Made by a program: the position numbers and the translations under genes
Part shown: positions 37,292-48,030 of the stretch, piece after piece
Layout: every line of letters begins with the position of its first letter
Position numbering within the stretch: position 1 is the stretch's first letter
The notes under the pieces: generated by a model
What the model saw: only the letters and a program-made list of their open reading frames with translations
The model's database searches: none
What the model was told of the DNA's origin: nothing
NCBI GenBank assembly: GCA_012513575.1
Contig: JAAZBX010000002.1
Location: forward strand, 33,830-97,829
Source: Candidatus Dojkabacteria bacterium
GTDB lineage: Bacteria; Patescibacteriota; Dojkabacteria; SC72
Reading direction: 5' to 3'
DNA length: 64,000 bases

Positions 37292-40200
37292 TTAAACTTG
37301 AAGCTCTTCCAGCTCATTCATATTTTTGATCTCAGCTCCTTCTCCGACAGGGATAGGCTTACCGATAATGACATTTTCTTTCATACCTCTAAGGTAATCG
37401 GTCTTGCCAATAATTGCGGCATTTGTGAGAACTCTCACCTGCTCTTGGAATGAGATTGCTGAAAGGAAGCTTTCGGTATTTAGTGAAGAGGTTTTAATTC
37501 CATAAAGCTTTGGAATAACCAAGGCCTTGTTTTTACCATCTTTAACTAGAAGCTCATTTTTCAATGCAGCCATAAACCTATTTACTGATGAGCCCACTAA
37601 ATATTCGGAATCTCCAGAATCTAAGACTCTTCCAAGCCTTACCATCTGTCTCAATATTATCTCAATATGAATATCATCAATTGGAACTCCCTGTGCATTA
37701 AATACCTTTTGAACTTCATCCAAAATATATTTCTGAGAGGTAAGGATATCTGCGACATCAGCCAATTTCTTTGGATCCAAAGAGCCCTCAGTTAATTGTG
37801 TTCCGGCTTTGACCTCTGCCCCATCTTCAACCAAGATTTCAATTCCAGGTAATACATAAATGGTTTCCTCTGCTTTCATTCTTCCATTGATTGTAAGGAT
37901 TCCCCCCTCAAGAAAAATTGTTCCATCAAACGGAGCCTGCCTCTCTACCTGGTCAGAATCGATAAACATTGCCTGACCTGCTTTGACCTCTTGTTCGTCC
38001 TCAACAAGTAATTTCTTAGCTTTGGACACAATATAGTGCCTCTCCATCTTCTTTTCTCCAGAAAGAATAATTGTTGAAGAATCATCTTCGGCAACCTCAA
38101 TATGAATCTTTCCATCGATTGAAGCCATTTCTGCTTCTGCCTTTGGAGTTCTTGCTTCAAACAATTCCTCAATTCTTGGTAAACCTTGAGTGATATCAAT
38201 CTTTTGGACTCCTCCCTTATGGAATGTCTGCATAGTCATCTGAGTTCCAGGCTCACCGATTGATTGAGCAGCTATTACGCCGACTGCTCTCCCCATGTCT
38301 ATTTCTCTATTGTTCTCAAGATTGTAGCCATAACACTTCTTACACATTCCTAGTGGTGACTTACATAACAAAGGAGTTCTTACAAATACCTCGTCTATTC
38401 CAGCCTCCTCTACTTTTTCGGCAATTTCCTGAGTAATTATTTCATTCCTCTTTGCAATAGTGTTCTTCCCAATGACTAAGTCCTTTGCCAATACTCTTCC
38501 GAAAATTCTATCTTTGAAATCAATTCTTCTGTCATCAGATTTCCTAATAGAAAGGCCCTCCCCATCATAGCCACAATCATCATGTCGAATAATGACATCA
38601 TGAGCAACATCGACAAGCTTCCTTGTCAAATAGCCAGATGAAGATGTCTTTAGAGATCTATCTGCAATACCTTTTCTTCCTCCATTTGCCGCAACAAAAT
38701 ATTCAAAAGCACTTAAACCATCTCTATAGTTACTTTTAATTGGCATCGCAACAAGATTTCCTCTTGAGTCTCTAACAACACCCTTAATTGTGAGAACCTG
38801 CCTTGCCTGAATTTTTCCTCCATTACCACCAGATTCAACCATTTGATAAATCGAATTTTCCTTTGGTAACTTGCTCCAAGCCATCTCCGCCAATTCATCA
38901 GCAAAGTCATCCCACATATTTGTAGAGATATTTACTTTCTCTTTTTTAGTAATCAAGCCCTGGAGATAGTTGTCAAGCAATTGCTCATCCTTTTCTTCAA
39001 TCTTTTTTATCTCTGACTTAATATCAAAGTCAACTTGGCAATCTTCCATTGCAAATGAGAAGGCTAAATCTGTTGCGAACTTAAATCCTAACGCTTTCAT
39101 ATTATCAAGAAGCTCAACCACAACTGACAAATCAGAAGAGCTCTTTATCTTGTCAATTATTTTCTTAATTCCCCTATTATCAATTCTTTCATTGATAAAT
39201 GGGTAATCTTCAGGAAGAATACTGTTAAAAATTACCCTTCCTACAGATGTTTTAATTGCTTCCCCTTTAATTCCAACAAGAATTTCTTCATTTATTGATA
39301 TGTCATCTCTCTCATATGCTTTAATTGCCAAATCACTTGTAGCAAATATTCTTGGATTTTTGGATTCAACTAAATCAGTCATCATATAGAAGCCAATCAA
39401 CATATCCTTCGCTGGAGACGCTAATACCTGTCCATTTGAGATATTTACGATATTTTGTGAAGACATCATTTCTTTTTTTGCTTCCTCTATTGCTTCGTCT
39501 GTAAGAAGAATATGAACTGCCATTTGGTCTCCATCAAAGTCTGCATTGAAGGCTTTACATACCAAAGGATGGATTCTAATTGCTTCTCCCTCAACTAATC
39601 TTGGATAAAAAGCTTGTACACTATACTTATGAAGAGTTGGTGCCCTATTTAACAATACAGGCTTATTTTTTATCACCTCTTCTAGTAAGTCCCAAATGAT
39701 ATCTGTCTCTTCCTCGAGCATATCTTTAGCAACCCTTACATTTGGGGCTAATTCTTTATCAAGTAACTTGTATATTACAAATGGTTTAAACATTTCCAAA
39801 GCAACTGACTTTGGAATACCACATTGATCAAATTTAAGACTTGGATCTCCATCAATAACAGCTCTTCCTGAGTAGTCTACTCTTTTTCCAAGTAAGTTCT
39901 TTCTAAATATACCTTTCTTTCCTCTCAAATCATCTGTCAATGATTGATAAGGCAATCTCTTACTATTCATCATTGGTTTTGACGGTCTATGAGAGTTATC
40001 AATCAATGCGTCAACTGATTCCTGAAGCATCCTTTTTTCGTTTCTTAATATAACATCAGGTGCTCCAATCTCAATCAACTTCTTCAATCTATTGTTTCTA
40101 TTTATAATTCTCCTGTATAGGTCGTTAAGGTCAGAAGTTGCGAATTTACCACCTGATAGAGGAATAATAGGTCTTAATTCTGGGGGTAATACTGGAAGTG

Positions 40201-41182
40201 TCCTAATTACCATCCACTCAGGCTTAATACCGTTTTTGATAAAACCTTCAAGATACTGAATCCTTCTAATTGTTGCTAATTTCTTTTCTCCCTTCTCCTT
40301 CTCAATTCTAATTCTCAATTTCTCTAATTCACCTTCGAGATCTAGATTTTGTAATAATTTTTCAATTGCTTCTGCACCCATCATCGCTTCAAAGAAAACC
40401 AAATCTCTCTCAACTAAATCTGAATATTCATCCTCGGTGATAACTGCACCAACGGCAATTTTTTCAATCGTTTGGTAGAGCTTTGAATAGAAAGATTCTA
40501 TCTGCTCTTCTTTCTCTGCATAATCCCTTCTTACCTTTGCCAACGCTTGTTTTCTCTTATGCTCTCCTTGGCTTATCTTCAATTCGATTCCCTTACCTTT
40601 GGCTTTTTTTAACTCTTCAATTTCAACACCAAAAGTTTCAGTAGTTGCATTTAAATCTTCCTCCAAATCTTTGTGCAATTTCTCAATTTCATCACTCTTA
40701 AGGGCGAGAGCTTTATCCATCATCTCACTTCTTTTTTCTTCATCGGCGGAGATAATTACATATCTAGTGTAATATACTACCGAGAGTATTTTTTTATGTG
40801 AGATATCAAGAATTATCGACATCTTGTTTGGGATTCCAAATGCGAACCAAACATGTGCAACTGGAATTGCCAAATCAATATGACCCATTCTTTCTCTTCT
40901 TACATCTGATGTTGTTACTTCAACACCACACTTATCACAAACTATTCCCTTATATCTAATCTTCTTGTATTTTCCACAGTAGCATTCATAGTTTTTTGTT
41001 GGTCCAAAAATCTTTTCACAGAAAAGACCCTCTGGCTCCGCTCTGAAAGTTCGGTAATTGATTGTTTCCGCCTTTGTAACTTCACCATATGACCAATTTA
41101 AAACTTGGTCTGGAGATGCCAATGTTACCTTTAAGACATCAAAGCTATCAAATTTATTTTTATTTTTCTTCATTTTGAGCAA
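37292..41182 (-). CDS. rpoC: DNA-directed RNA polymerase subunit beta'
   Basis: 1296 aa with zinc-binding CxxC pairs, NADFDGDQM, and the trigger-loop region. Confidence 0.97.
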   Translation of the reverse strand: MLKMKKNKNKFDSFDVLKVTLASPDQVLNWSYGEVTKAETINYRTFRAEPEGLFCEKIFGPTKNYECYCGKYKKIRYKGIVCDKCGVEVTTSDVRRERMGHIDLAIPVAHVWFAFGIPNKMSIILDISHKKILSVVYYTRYVIISADEEKRSEMMDKALALKSDEIEKLHKDLEEDLNATTETFGVEIEELKKAKGKGIELKISQGEHKRKQALAKVRRDYAEKEEQIESFYSKLYQTIEKIAVGAVITEDEYSDLVERDLVFFEAMMGAEAIEKLLQNLDLEGELEKLRIRIEKEKGEKKLATIRRIQYLEGFIKNGIKPEWMVIRTLPVLPPELRPIIPLSGGKFATSDLNDLYRRIINRNNRLKKLIEIGAPDVILRNEKRMLQESVDALIDNSHRPSKPMMNSKRLPYQSLTDDLRGKKGIFRKNLLGKRVDYSGRAVIDGDPSLKFDQCGIPKSVALEMFKPFVIYKLLDKELAPNVRVAKDMLEEETDIIWDLLEEVIKNKPVLLNRAPTLHKYSVQAFYPRLVEGEAIRIHPLVCKAFNADFDGDQMAVHILLTDEAIEEAKKEMMSSQNIVNISNGQVLASPAKDMLIGFYMMTDLVESKNPRIFATSDLAIKAYERDDISINEEILVGIKGEAIKTSVGRVIFNSILPEDYPFINERIDNRGIKKIIDKIKSSSDLSVVVELLDNMKALGFKFATDLAFSFAMEDCQVDFDIKSEIKKIEEKDEQLLDNYLQGLITKKEKVNISTNMWDDFADELAEMAWSKLPKENSIYQMVESGGNGGKIQARQVLTIKGVVRDSRGNLVAMPIKSNYRDGLSAFEYFVAANGGRKGIADRSLKTSSSGYLTRKLVDVAHDVIIRHDDCGYDGEGLSIRKSDDRRIDFKDRIFGRVLAKDLVIGKNTIAKRNEIITQEIAEKVEEAGIDEVFVRTPLLCKSPLGMCKKCYGYNLENNREIDMGRAVGVIAAQSIGEPGTQMTMQTFHKGGVQKIDITQGLPRIEELFEARTPKAEAEMASIDGKIHIEVAEDDSSTIILSGEKKMERHYIVSKAKKLLVEDEQEVKAGQAMFIDSDQVERQAPFDGTIFLEGGILTINGRMKAEETIYVLPGIEILVEDGAEVKAGTQLTEGSLDPKKLADVADILTSQKYILDEVQKVFNAQGVPIDDIHIEIILRQMVRLGRVLDSGDSEYLVGSSVNRFMAALKNELLVKDGKNKALVIPKLYGIKTSSLNTESFLSAISFQEQVRVLTNAAIIGKTDYLRGMKENVIIGKPIPVGEGAEIKNMNELEELQV

Positions 41183-44100
41183 CCTCCTCTTCTGTTTGAT
41201 TTGAAATTAAATCAATATTTAAGCAAAGTGCATTAAGCTCTTTGACAAGTACCTTGAATGATTCAGGGACATTTACATTTTCAATCTTGTCTCCATGAAT
41301 AATTGCTTTATATGCTGACGATCTTCCCTTGATGTCGTCTGATTTTATCGTAAGCATTTCCTGAAGTGCAAACGGTGCACTGTGGGATTCTAATGCCCAA
41401 ACTTCCATTTCTCCAAATCTCTGTCCACCCATTTGTGCTTTTCCTCCGAGTGGCTGTTGAGATACTGCTGTGTATGGTCCAGTTGATCTAGCATGAACCT
41501 TTTCATCAGAGATATGCTTCAACTTTAATACATATTTAACTCCTACAGTCACTTTGTTTGGGAATTTCTTTCCAGTCCTTCCATCATACAGATCAACTCT
41601 TTGCGACATGTCCTTTCCTTGTTTCTTCATCTCATTTAATAGCCACTCCATATTCTCTCCTTCGAAAATTGGGAAGGCCAATTTCTGATTCAATTCTTCC
41701 GCAAACTTACCAAAATGAACCTCCTCCGCCTGTCCCATGTTCATTCTCTTTAGGAATGTAGGTGTAAGAACAATATCAACTGGTTCTCCATCCTCAGTGA
41801 ATGGCATATCTTCAATTGGTCGAATTGCTGCTACCGTATTTTTGTCTCCGTGTCTTCCCGCTATTTTGTCTCCAAATCCGATTTTCTTTGTGTTTGCGAC
41901 CCATACTTTTACTTGATGTAGGACACCTGGAGCTAATCTGTCTCCCTTGTCTGTCGAGAGAATTAAACTTCTAACAACAATTCCCTCTTCTCCGTGTGGA
42001 ATTCTTAATGAGTTATCTCTTACATCACTAGCAGATTCGCCAAAGATTGCTCTAAGCAATCTTTCCTCTGCAGTAAGTTCTTTTTCTCCTCTTGGAGCAA
42101 CGACTCCTACCAAGATATCTCCTGATTTTACGTGAACACCTGATCTGACAATTCCCTGAGAATCAAGTTTCTGTAAGATTCTATCATTTACATGTGGTAT
42201 ATCCGCCGTAATAATTTCGGGGCCTAACTCAGTATCTCTAATGTCTACTGTATGTTCTCTAATATGTATTGAAGTAAGCAGATCATCTCTTACAATTCTA
42301 TCGGAGATAATTACAGAATCTTCATAGTTGTATCCTTCGTAGAACATCAATGCAGCTCTAAGATTTGTACCTATGGAGAATTCTCCATTAACAATAGTAG
42401 GCCCATCTGCAAGGATATCTCCTTTCTTAAATTTGTCTCCAGATTTAACAACAGGTTTCTGAGTAAAACATGTGTTTTCATTACTTCTATAGAAGGATAC
42501 TAAGTTGTAATCCTTCACTCCTTCTTTCTTGTACTTCACCGATATCTTTTCAGCATCTGTGTATAAAACTTCTCCATCCCCCTCAGCAAATATTCCCCAT
42601 TCAGACTGTCTTGCGACAATTTCTTCCATTCCGGTACCAACAAGAGGGGATTCCTGTTTAACAAGGGGAACTGCCTGTCTTTGCTGGTTTGCACCTGTAA
42701 GTGCCCTCATAGCATCATTGTGAGAGACAAATGGGATTAATGCCATTCCAAGACCCGCTTGTTGACTTGCTAAAGCATCAATATAGTTAACCATGTTAAC
42801 GTCCTCAAGGAGAAAATCACCCTTAAACCTAACAGGAACCAGGGTATCCAAAATATTCCCAAATTCATCTTTAGAAAATGCCGCAGGTCCGATATGAAAT
42901 TTCTCTTCTTCCATGGCGTCTAAGTACTCTACAATGTCTGTAACAAATGGCTTAACAGCAATCTCCTTTACTGCTTTGTCCTTTGAAATCTTTTCTGCTA
43001 ATTTTTCGTCAATAAAGGAATCCTTTTTTGCAATTTTCTTAACATCTTCAGCAAGAATTCTATTTATTAAGTCTTTCTTGTTGTTTTTTACTTTATTTGA
43101 CACTCTTCTATACGGAGCCTCTAAAAAACCAAATTCATTAATTCTTGTTAATGTGGCTAATTGAACAACAACACCAATGTTTGATGACTCTGGACTTGTA
43201 ACTGGATCAAATTTCGAATAGTGGGAATTGTGGACTTCTCTGATTGAAAAAGTTGCCCTCTCTTTTGCTATACCTCCAGGACCGCCAGCTGTAACCTTTC
43301 TTTTGTTTTCAAGCTCAGAGAGTATATTTATCTGATCCATGAAACTAGATAACGCATTTGTTCCGAAGAAAGACTGAATAGCTGCAGAAATGGGTTTTGT
43401 ACTTGCAAGCATTGAAGGTGTAACCTTCGCATCCTGTCCATACAAACTCATTTTATCCTTAATATTTTTTTCTAACCTCCTAATAGCAGCATTAAGCTGT
43501 CTTTCAAGAATTTCTCCAACACTTCTAATTCTTCTATTTGACAAATGGTCAATATCATCCGGTTCAACAACACCATTATTTATCTGTATAAGCTTCTTCA
43601 CAATTAATACAATATCCATAGGATAGAGTATTGTCTCTGCAGGGTTGTTTATATCAAAAGTAGTACCAAGCTTCCTATTTAATTGGTATCTACCTATCTT
43701 CCCTAAATCAAATTTTCTTACATTAAAGAAGTTACTCTTAATGTATCTTTCAGCACTCTCAAGCGTTACAGACTCATCTGGTCTTAACTTGTTGTAAATA
43801 CTAATAACTGCTTCTTCTTTGCTCTTTGTAAAATCTCTTGCCAATGTTGCCTCTATATACTTGTACTCTTCGTGAGTATCTACATCTGAGAACAACTTCC
43901 TTATTTCATCATCGCTCTCCCAACCAAAAACTCTTAAAAGTTCTGTGATAAGAACCTTGGGTCTCTTAGGAAGAATCCTCACGGAAATTACATTGTGCCT
44001 GTTTGTATCAATTTCATACCAAGGACCTTTTCCGGGCATCAATCTTACCTTATACAATGTTCTTGTAGGAAGTTTGTCCGACTCTTCATACAAAACACCC

Positions 44101-44522
44101 TCCGCTCTAACAATCTGATGTGTAACAACTCTCCTATCACCATTGAAAATAAAAACTCCCTCATCAGTCATTATTGGTAAGTCCGTAACAAAGATTTCTT
44201 GCTCCTTAATCTCCCCGGTCTTATTATTCATTAACTGAACCTTTGCATACACGGGAGCTTCATAGGAAAGACCCTTCTTAATAGCCTCATCAACAGTTCT
44301 GTATAGTTCACCAATCCTAAAATCCTTAAATTCTAAAGTCCACATCTTCTCCATTGTGTCCTTTACTGGATTAATTTCCGCAAACAAATTCTTAAAACCT
44401 TCCTTTTTAAAGGCGTCAAAAGAATTAATCTGAGCTTCGATTAAATTTGGGAATTCAAGGTCTCCTGAATAGTTTAGTCCCAGGTTTAATCTCCCAGACC
44501 TATTAATTTTTGGTTTTAGCAT
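41160..44522 (-). CDS. rpoB: DNA-directed RNA polymerase subunit beta
   Basis: 1120 aa with conserved beta motifs (GEMEVWALE, the RIF-cluster region). Overlaps the rpoC start by 23 nt. Confidence 0.97.
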   Translation of the reverse strand: MLKPKINRSGRLNLGLNYSGDLEFPNLIEAQINSFDAFKKEGFKNLFAEINPVKDTMEKMWTLEFKDFRIGELYRTVDEAIKKGLSYEAPVYAKVQLMNNKTGEIKEQEIFVTDLPIMTDEGVFIFNGDRRVVTHQIVRAEGVLYEESDKLPTRTLYKVRLMPGKGPWYEIDTNRHNVISVRILPKRPKVLITELLRVFGWESDDEIRKLFSDVDTHEEYKYIEATLARDFTKSKEEAVISIYNKLRPDESVTLESAERYIKSNFFNVRKFDLGKIGRYQLNRKLGTTFDINNPAETILYPMDIVLIVKKLIQINNGVVEPDDIDHLSNRRIRSVGEILERQLNAAIRRLEKNIKDKMSLYGQDAKVTPSMLASTKPISAAIQSFFGTNALSSFMDQINILSELENKRKVTAGGPGGIAKERATFSIREVHNSHYSKFDPVTSPESSNIGVVVQLATLTRINEFGFLEAPYRRVSNKVKNNKKDLINRILAEDVKKIAKKDSFIDEKLAEKISKDKAVKEIAVKPFVTDIVEYLDAMEEEKFHIGPAAFSKDEFGNILDTLVPVRFKGDFLLEDVNMVNYIDALASQQAGLGMALIPFVSHNDAMRALTGANQQRQAVPLVKQESPLVGTGMEEIVARQSEWGIFAEGDGEVLYTDAEKISVKYKKEGVKDYNLVSFYRSNENTCFTQKPVVKSGDKFKKGDILADGPTIVNGEFSIGTNLRAALMFYEGYNYEDSVIISDRIVRDDLLTSIHIREHTVDIRDTELGPEIITADIPHVNDRILQKLDSQGIVRSGVHVKSGDILVGVVAPRGEKELTAEERLLRAIFGESASDVRDNSLRIPHGEEGIVVRSLILSTDKGDRLAPGVLHQVKVWVANTKKIGFGDKIAGRHGDKNTVAAIRPIEDMPFTEDGEPVDIVLTPTFLKRMNMGQAEEVHFGKFAEELNQKLAFPIFEGENMEWLLNEMKKQGKDMSQRVDLYDGRTGKKFPNKVTVGVKYVLKLKHISDEKVHARSTGPYTAVSQQPLGGKAQMGGQRFGEMEVWALESHSAPFALQEMLTIKSDDIKGRSSAYKAIIHGDKIENVNVPESFKVLVKELNALCLNIDLISNQTEEEVAQNEEK

Positions 44523-44815
44523 AGGATAAATTTTTAGTTATGTTATAACATATTACTTGAATAAAGCGGTATCCAAAAGGTCGCAAAAGACCTATACAAT
44601 ACTACTTTTTTGATCAAAAAATCAAGCGACTTTGGGAAGTATACTATAATATTTGCTTTATGTCAACGACTTTTTAGGGATATTTTTGTGTATTAATATA
44701 CATTTGAAAATGGGTAGGTAGGACTCCTAGGTGTTGAAAACAAAAAGGGGTTCTATTACAAACATCTATACCCCTTTGAAAAATTACCTATAATATCCTA
44801 TTATATTTTCATACT

Positions 44816-47053
44816 ATGCCCCGCAAAAAGAAAAAGGAACAGATAACAATAAAAAGCAGCGAAAGCAAAATCCTTTTTGGAACAGTGCTTTTTGTTGCTG
44901 GGATTGTTGTCATGGTCTCACCGTTTCTTCTAACTCAATCAAATCTTTTCAAAACAATTTCACAATTCTTTGGATACTCAGCTATACCCTGGGGAATATC
45001 TTTGCTTTACGGTTCACTTTTCTTACTTTTCAAGTCTAGGAAATTTATCTCCTCAAGACAGTTTGTGGGAATTTTCCTTTTTTCTATCTGCATATCAACA
45101 CTTCTTTCCTTCTGGCAACAGCCAGAGCAACTAGCAAATCCCGAAGCCCTAAGTAGCTCAGGTGGAGAAGTTGGAAAGTTTCTTCATATATCTTTAAATG
45201 GTGTCTTTGGCTCAGCCATAGAGATATTCATCATCTTAATCTTTTTGATTCTTGCATTTTCGTTGATTACAGGAACAACTCTTGAACAAATCAGAGACTT
45301 TGTTGAGGATTCTATCCCAGAACCTGGTCAAAACAAATCTAAAAAGAGCTCTTGGCTGCTTTCGGTACTTAACAAATTCATCGGTACAAAGGAGGGTGAT
45401 GATATTAAGATTCAAACTGAAAATGAGGCCCTAGATGATAACCAGACAGAACCATACATTGAGTCCTCACCGATTGAAACGGAAAGAAAGCTTGAGGAGA
45501 TACTCCACAGGGATGATTATCTCCACACTTCACACAATGTAGCTCCAAATGTAAAAGTCTCAGAAGGAGAACCAAACGAAGATGAGCCTCAGGCGCCCAA
45601 ATATACTGACTGGATTTTCCCAAACATTGACATACTGCAAGAGAAGGAGGTTCAAAAACAAGATGAGAAGCTTTACAAAGAGAAAGCACTTGTCATTCAA
45701 CGAACTCTTATGAATTTCGGAATTCAATCGAGAGTGGTAGCAATTGCCGTAGGTCCAACCGTATTAAGATTCTCACTTAGTATTAGTACAGGAATCAAAG
45801 TGTCCAAAGTGAAGAATTTAAGCAATGACCTTGCACTTGCCTTAGCCTCTCAAACAGCTTCTATTAGAATCGAAGCTCCCATCCCTGGAACCTCCTTTAT
45901 TGGTGTTGAAATACCAAATCCAACTCCAAACTTTGTATACACCAAGGATATGATAAAAAAGCTTCGACAAGAAACAGACAAGTATGAATTACCCCTTATT
46001 CTTGGAAAAGATATAACTGGGAAAACAACAATCAAGGATCTAGGGAAAATACCTCACCTCCTAGTAGCTGGAGCTACAGGAACAGGGAAATCTGTTGCGA
46101 TAAACTCCCTTCTTGCTGGATTACTGATGACCAAAACTCCGGATGAAGTTAAATTCATAATGGTTGATCCCAAAATGGGTGTAGAGATGGGAATGTACAA
46201 TGGAATTCCACATCTTTTGACACCAGTAATAACCGATGTCACTTTAGTTACAAACGCTCTTGAGTGGGTTAGCGGAGAAATGATGAGAAGATACACACAA
46301 CTTAAACAAACCCATACAAAGAAACTCTCAGAATATAATGCAAAAATGGGCTTTGCCGCGATGCCCTACATCGTTGTTGTAATTGATGAAATGGCTGATC
46401 TTATGCTTAGAACTGGCATGGAGGTTGAAACAAAAATACAAACCCTTGCCCAAATGGGAAGAGCCGTAGGTATCCACCTTATTCTCGCCACACAAAAACC
46501 TACAGTAGATGTTATTACTGGATTAATCAAATCAAATATCCCGGGGAGGATGGCATTTGCTGTTGCGACACTAATGGATTCTCGAGTAATCTTGGATGAA
46601 GGAGGAGCAGAAACACTCCTAGGAAACGGAGACATGCTCTACAAAGATCAAACCACTCCGAAATCATTAAGGATTCAGGGGACATTTACGTCTACGGAGG
46701 ACACGGAAAATATTGTCAATGCCGTCAAAAGCCAGGTTAAAGAGGAAATTGAATATTCATCAGGATTAACAAATGCCATAGAAAATGGACCGGATGAAAT
46801 AACTGGTGGAAGTCACACACAGAGAGATCCCGATTTCTCAAAGGCACTAGAAATCGTAATCCTTACTCAAAGAGCTTCTGCTTCATTCTTACAAAGAAAA
46901 ATGAAAATCGGTTTTAACAAAGCCGCAAGAATCATAGACGAGCTTTATGAAGCTGGAGCTATTGGCCCAGATGAAGGTTCCAAGCCAAGAAAGGTATTAG
47001 TTCATTCCGCTTCCGAGATTTTAGGAGGAGAGGATACCGATGACTTCGAATAA
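44816..47053 (+). CDS. ftsK: DNA translocase FtsK/SpoIIIE
   Basis: N-terminal 4 TM, Walker A GATGTGKS, Walker B VVVIDEMADL, and a C-terminal gamma-like winged-helix segment. Confidence 0.85.
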   Translation: MPRKKKKEQITIKSSESKILFGTVLFVAGIVVMVSPFLLTQSNLFKTISQFFGYSAIPWGISLLYGSLFLLFKSRKFISSRQFVGIFLFSICISTLLSFWQQPEQLANPEALSSSGGEVGKFLHISLNGVFGSAIEIFIILIFLILAFSLITGTTLEQIRDFVEDSIPEPGQNKSKKSSWLLSVLNKFIGTKEGDDIKIQTENEALDDNQTEPYIESSPIETERKLEEILHRDDYLHTSHNVAPNVKVSEGEPNEDEPQAPKYTDWIFPNIDILQEKEVQKQDEKLYKEKALVIQRTLMNFGIQSRVVAIAVGPTVLRFSLSISTGIKVSKVKNLSNDLALALASQTASIRIEAPIPGTSFIGVEIPNPTPNFVYTKDMIKKLRQETDKYELPLILGKDITGKTTIKDLGKIPHLLVAGATGTGKSVAINSLLAGLLMTKTPDEVKFIMVDPKMGVEMGMYNGIPHLLTPVITDVTLVTNALEWVSGEMMRRYTQLKQTHTKKLSEYNAKMGFAAMPYIVVVIDEMADLMLRTGMEVETKIQTLAQMGRAVGIHLILATQKPTVDVITGLIKSNIPGRMAFAVATLMDSRVILDEGGAETLLGNGDMLYKDQTTPKSLRIQGTFTSTEDTENIVNAVKSQVKEEIEYSSGLTNAIENGPDEITGGSHTQRDPDFSKALEIVILTQRASASFLQRKMKIGFNKAARIIDELYEAGAIGPDEGSKPRKVLVHSASEILGGEDTDDFE

Positions 47054-47062
47054 GTAGTAGAA

Positions 47063-48001
47063 TTGGCCATGGTTACAGTTGGGGAAGTTTTAAAAAACAA
47101 AAGAGAAAAGTTGAAAATAAGTATTGAGACCGCCTCTTTAGATACAAAGATTCAAAAACGATTTCTTAAGTTTATTGAAAACAACGAATTTTTTCCCTTT
47201 GAATCCGAGGTTTTTCTAACAGGTTTTATAAAAATATATGCGAAATATCTTAATTTAGACGTAGAAAAAGTTCTTGCTCTCTATCGAAGAACAAATCCCA
47301 TCGTTGAGGAGAAGAAAGTAATTTCCCCCTTCAATAATTTAAGCTCAAAAAAAACAAGCATAACTATAACTCCAAAGGCCATTGTAATTTCTACGCTTGT
47401 TCTTTTCTCCCTCGCAATATTACTCTATTTCGGGATTCAAGTTTACAAATTTCAAAAACCCCCTGTTCTTTCCATCTCAACTCCTCAAAACAACTCAACC
47501 GTTAAAAGCTCAGAAATAAAAGTGATCGGGAATACTGAAAAAAATGTTTCCATCCAGATAAATAATATCTCCATAGAAGTGGATGAGGATGGCTCTTTCG
47601 AGAAAGAAATTTCACTCATAGAAGGAAAAAACTTAATAACCATAAAAGCAAAAAAAAATAACAACAGTATAATGGAGACTGTACAGACAATTCAGATCAC
47701 CTTCGTCAGAGAGAATGAGGTTTCTGTGGAGGAAGTAGTAAACAACAAGATCAAAATAGAAATTTTTGATGCTCCTGCATGGATCAAACTGGACATAGAC
47801 AATATAAATAAACTTTCGCAGGTTGTTCAACCATCAATCCAAGAGTTTGAAATTAAAAGTAATATTAAAATTGTTTCAGGAAGGATAAACAACACAAAGG
47901 TTTTCTTCAATGGCCAGCTATTAACATGGCCCAAATCTAACGAAAAAGGAGTTGCGGAAATCAATTGCACGGTCGAGGACGGGAACATTGTATGTCAATA
48001 A
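47063..48001 (+). CDS. RodZ-like protein (N-terminal HTH, single TM, C-terminal beta domain)
   Basis: XRE-like HTH start (TVGEVLKNKREKLKISIETAS), one TM near aa 105-125, and an extracytoplasmic C-terminal domain. Confidence 0.45.
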   Translation: MAMVTVGEVLKNKREKLKISIETASLDTKIQKRFLKFIENNEFFPFESEVFLTGFIKIYAKYLNLDVEKVLALYRRTNPIVEEKKVISPFNNLSSKKTSITITPKAIVISTLVLFSLAILLYFGIQVYKFQKPPVLSISTPQNNSTVKSSEIKVIGNTEKNVSIQINNISIEVDEDGSFEKEISLIEGKNLITIKAKKNNNSIMETVQTIQITFVRENEVSVEEVVNNKIKIEIFDAPAWIKLDIDNINKLSQVVQPSIQEFEIKSNIKIVSGRINNTKVFFNGQLLTWPKSNEKGVAEINCTVEDGNIVCQ

Positions 48002-48013
48002 AGAGTTTTTTAA

Positions 48014-48022
48014 TGGTATAAT
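48014..48022 (+). promoter_or_regulatory. Extended -10 (TGgTATAAT) 8 nt upstream of the dnaG ATG
   Basis: TGG at 48014-48016, TATAAT at 48017-48022, ATG at 48031. Confidence 0.35.
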
Positions 48023-48030
48023 TGGGAATA

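Noticed and set aside
48022-48030. TTG-initiated N-terminal extension of dnaG (MGI-) reported by the ORF track
   Set aside because: The ATG at 48031 follows an extended -10 box and gives a typical DnaG N-terminus. The TTG would lie inside the -10 element.
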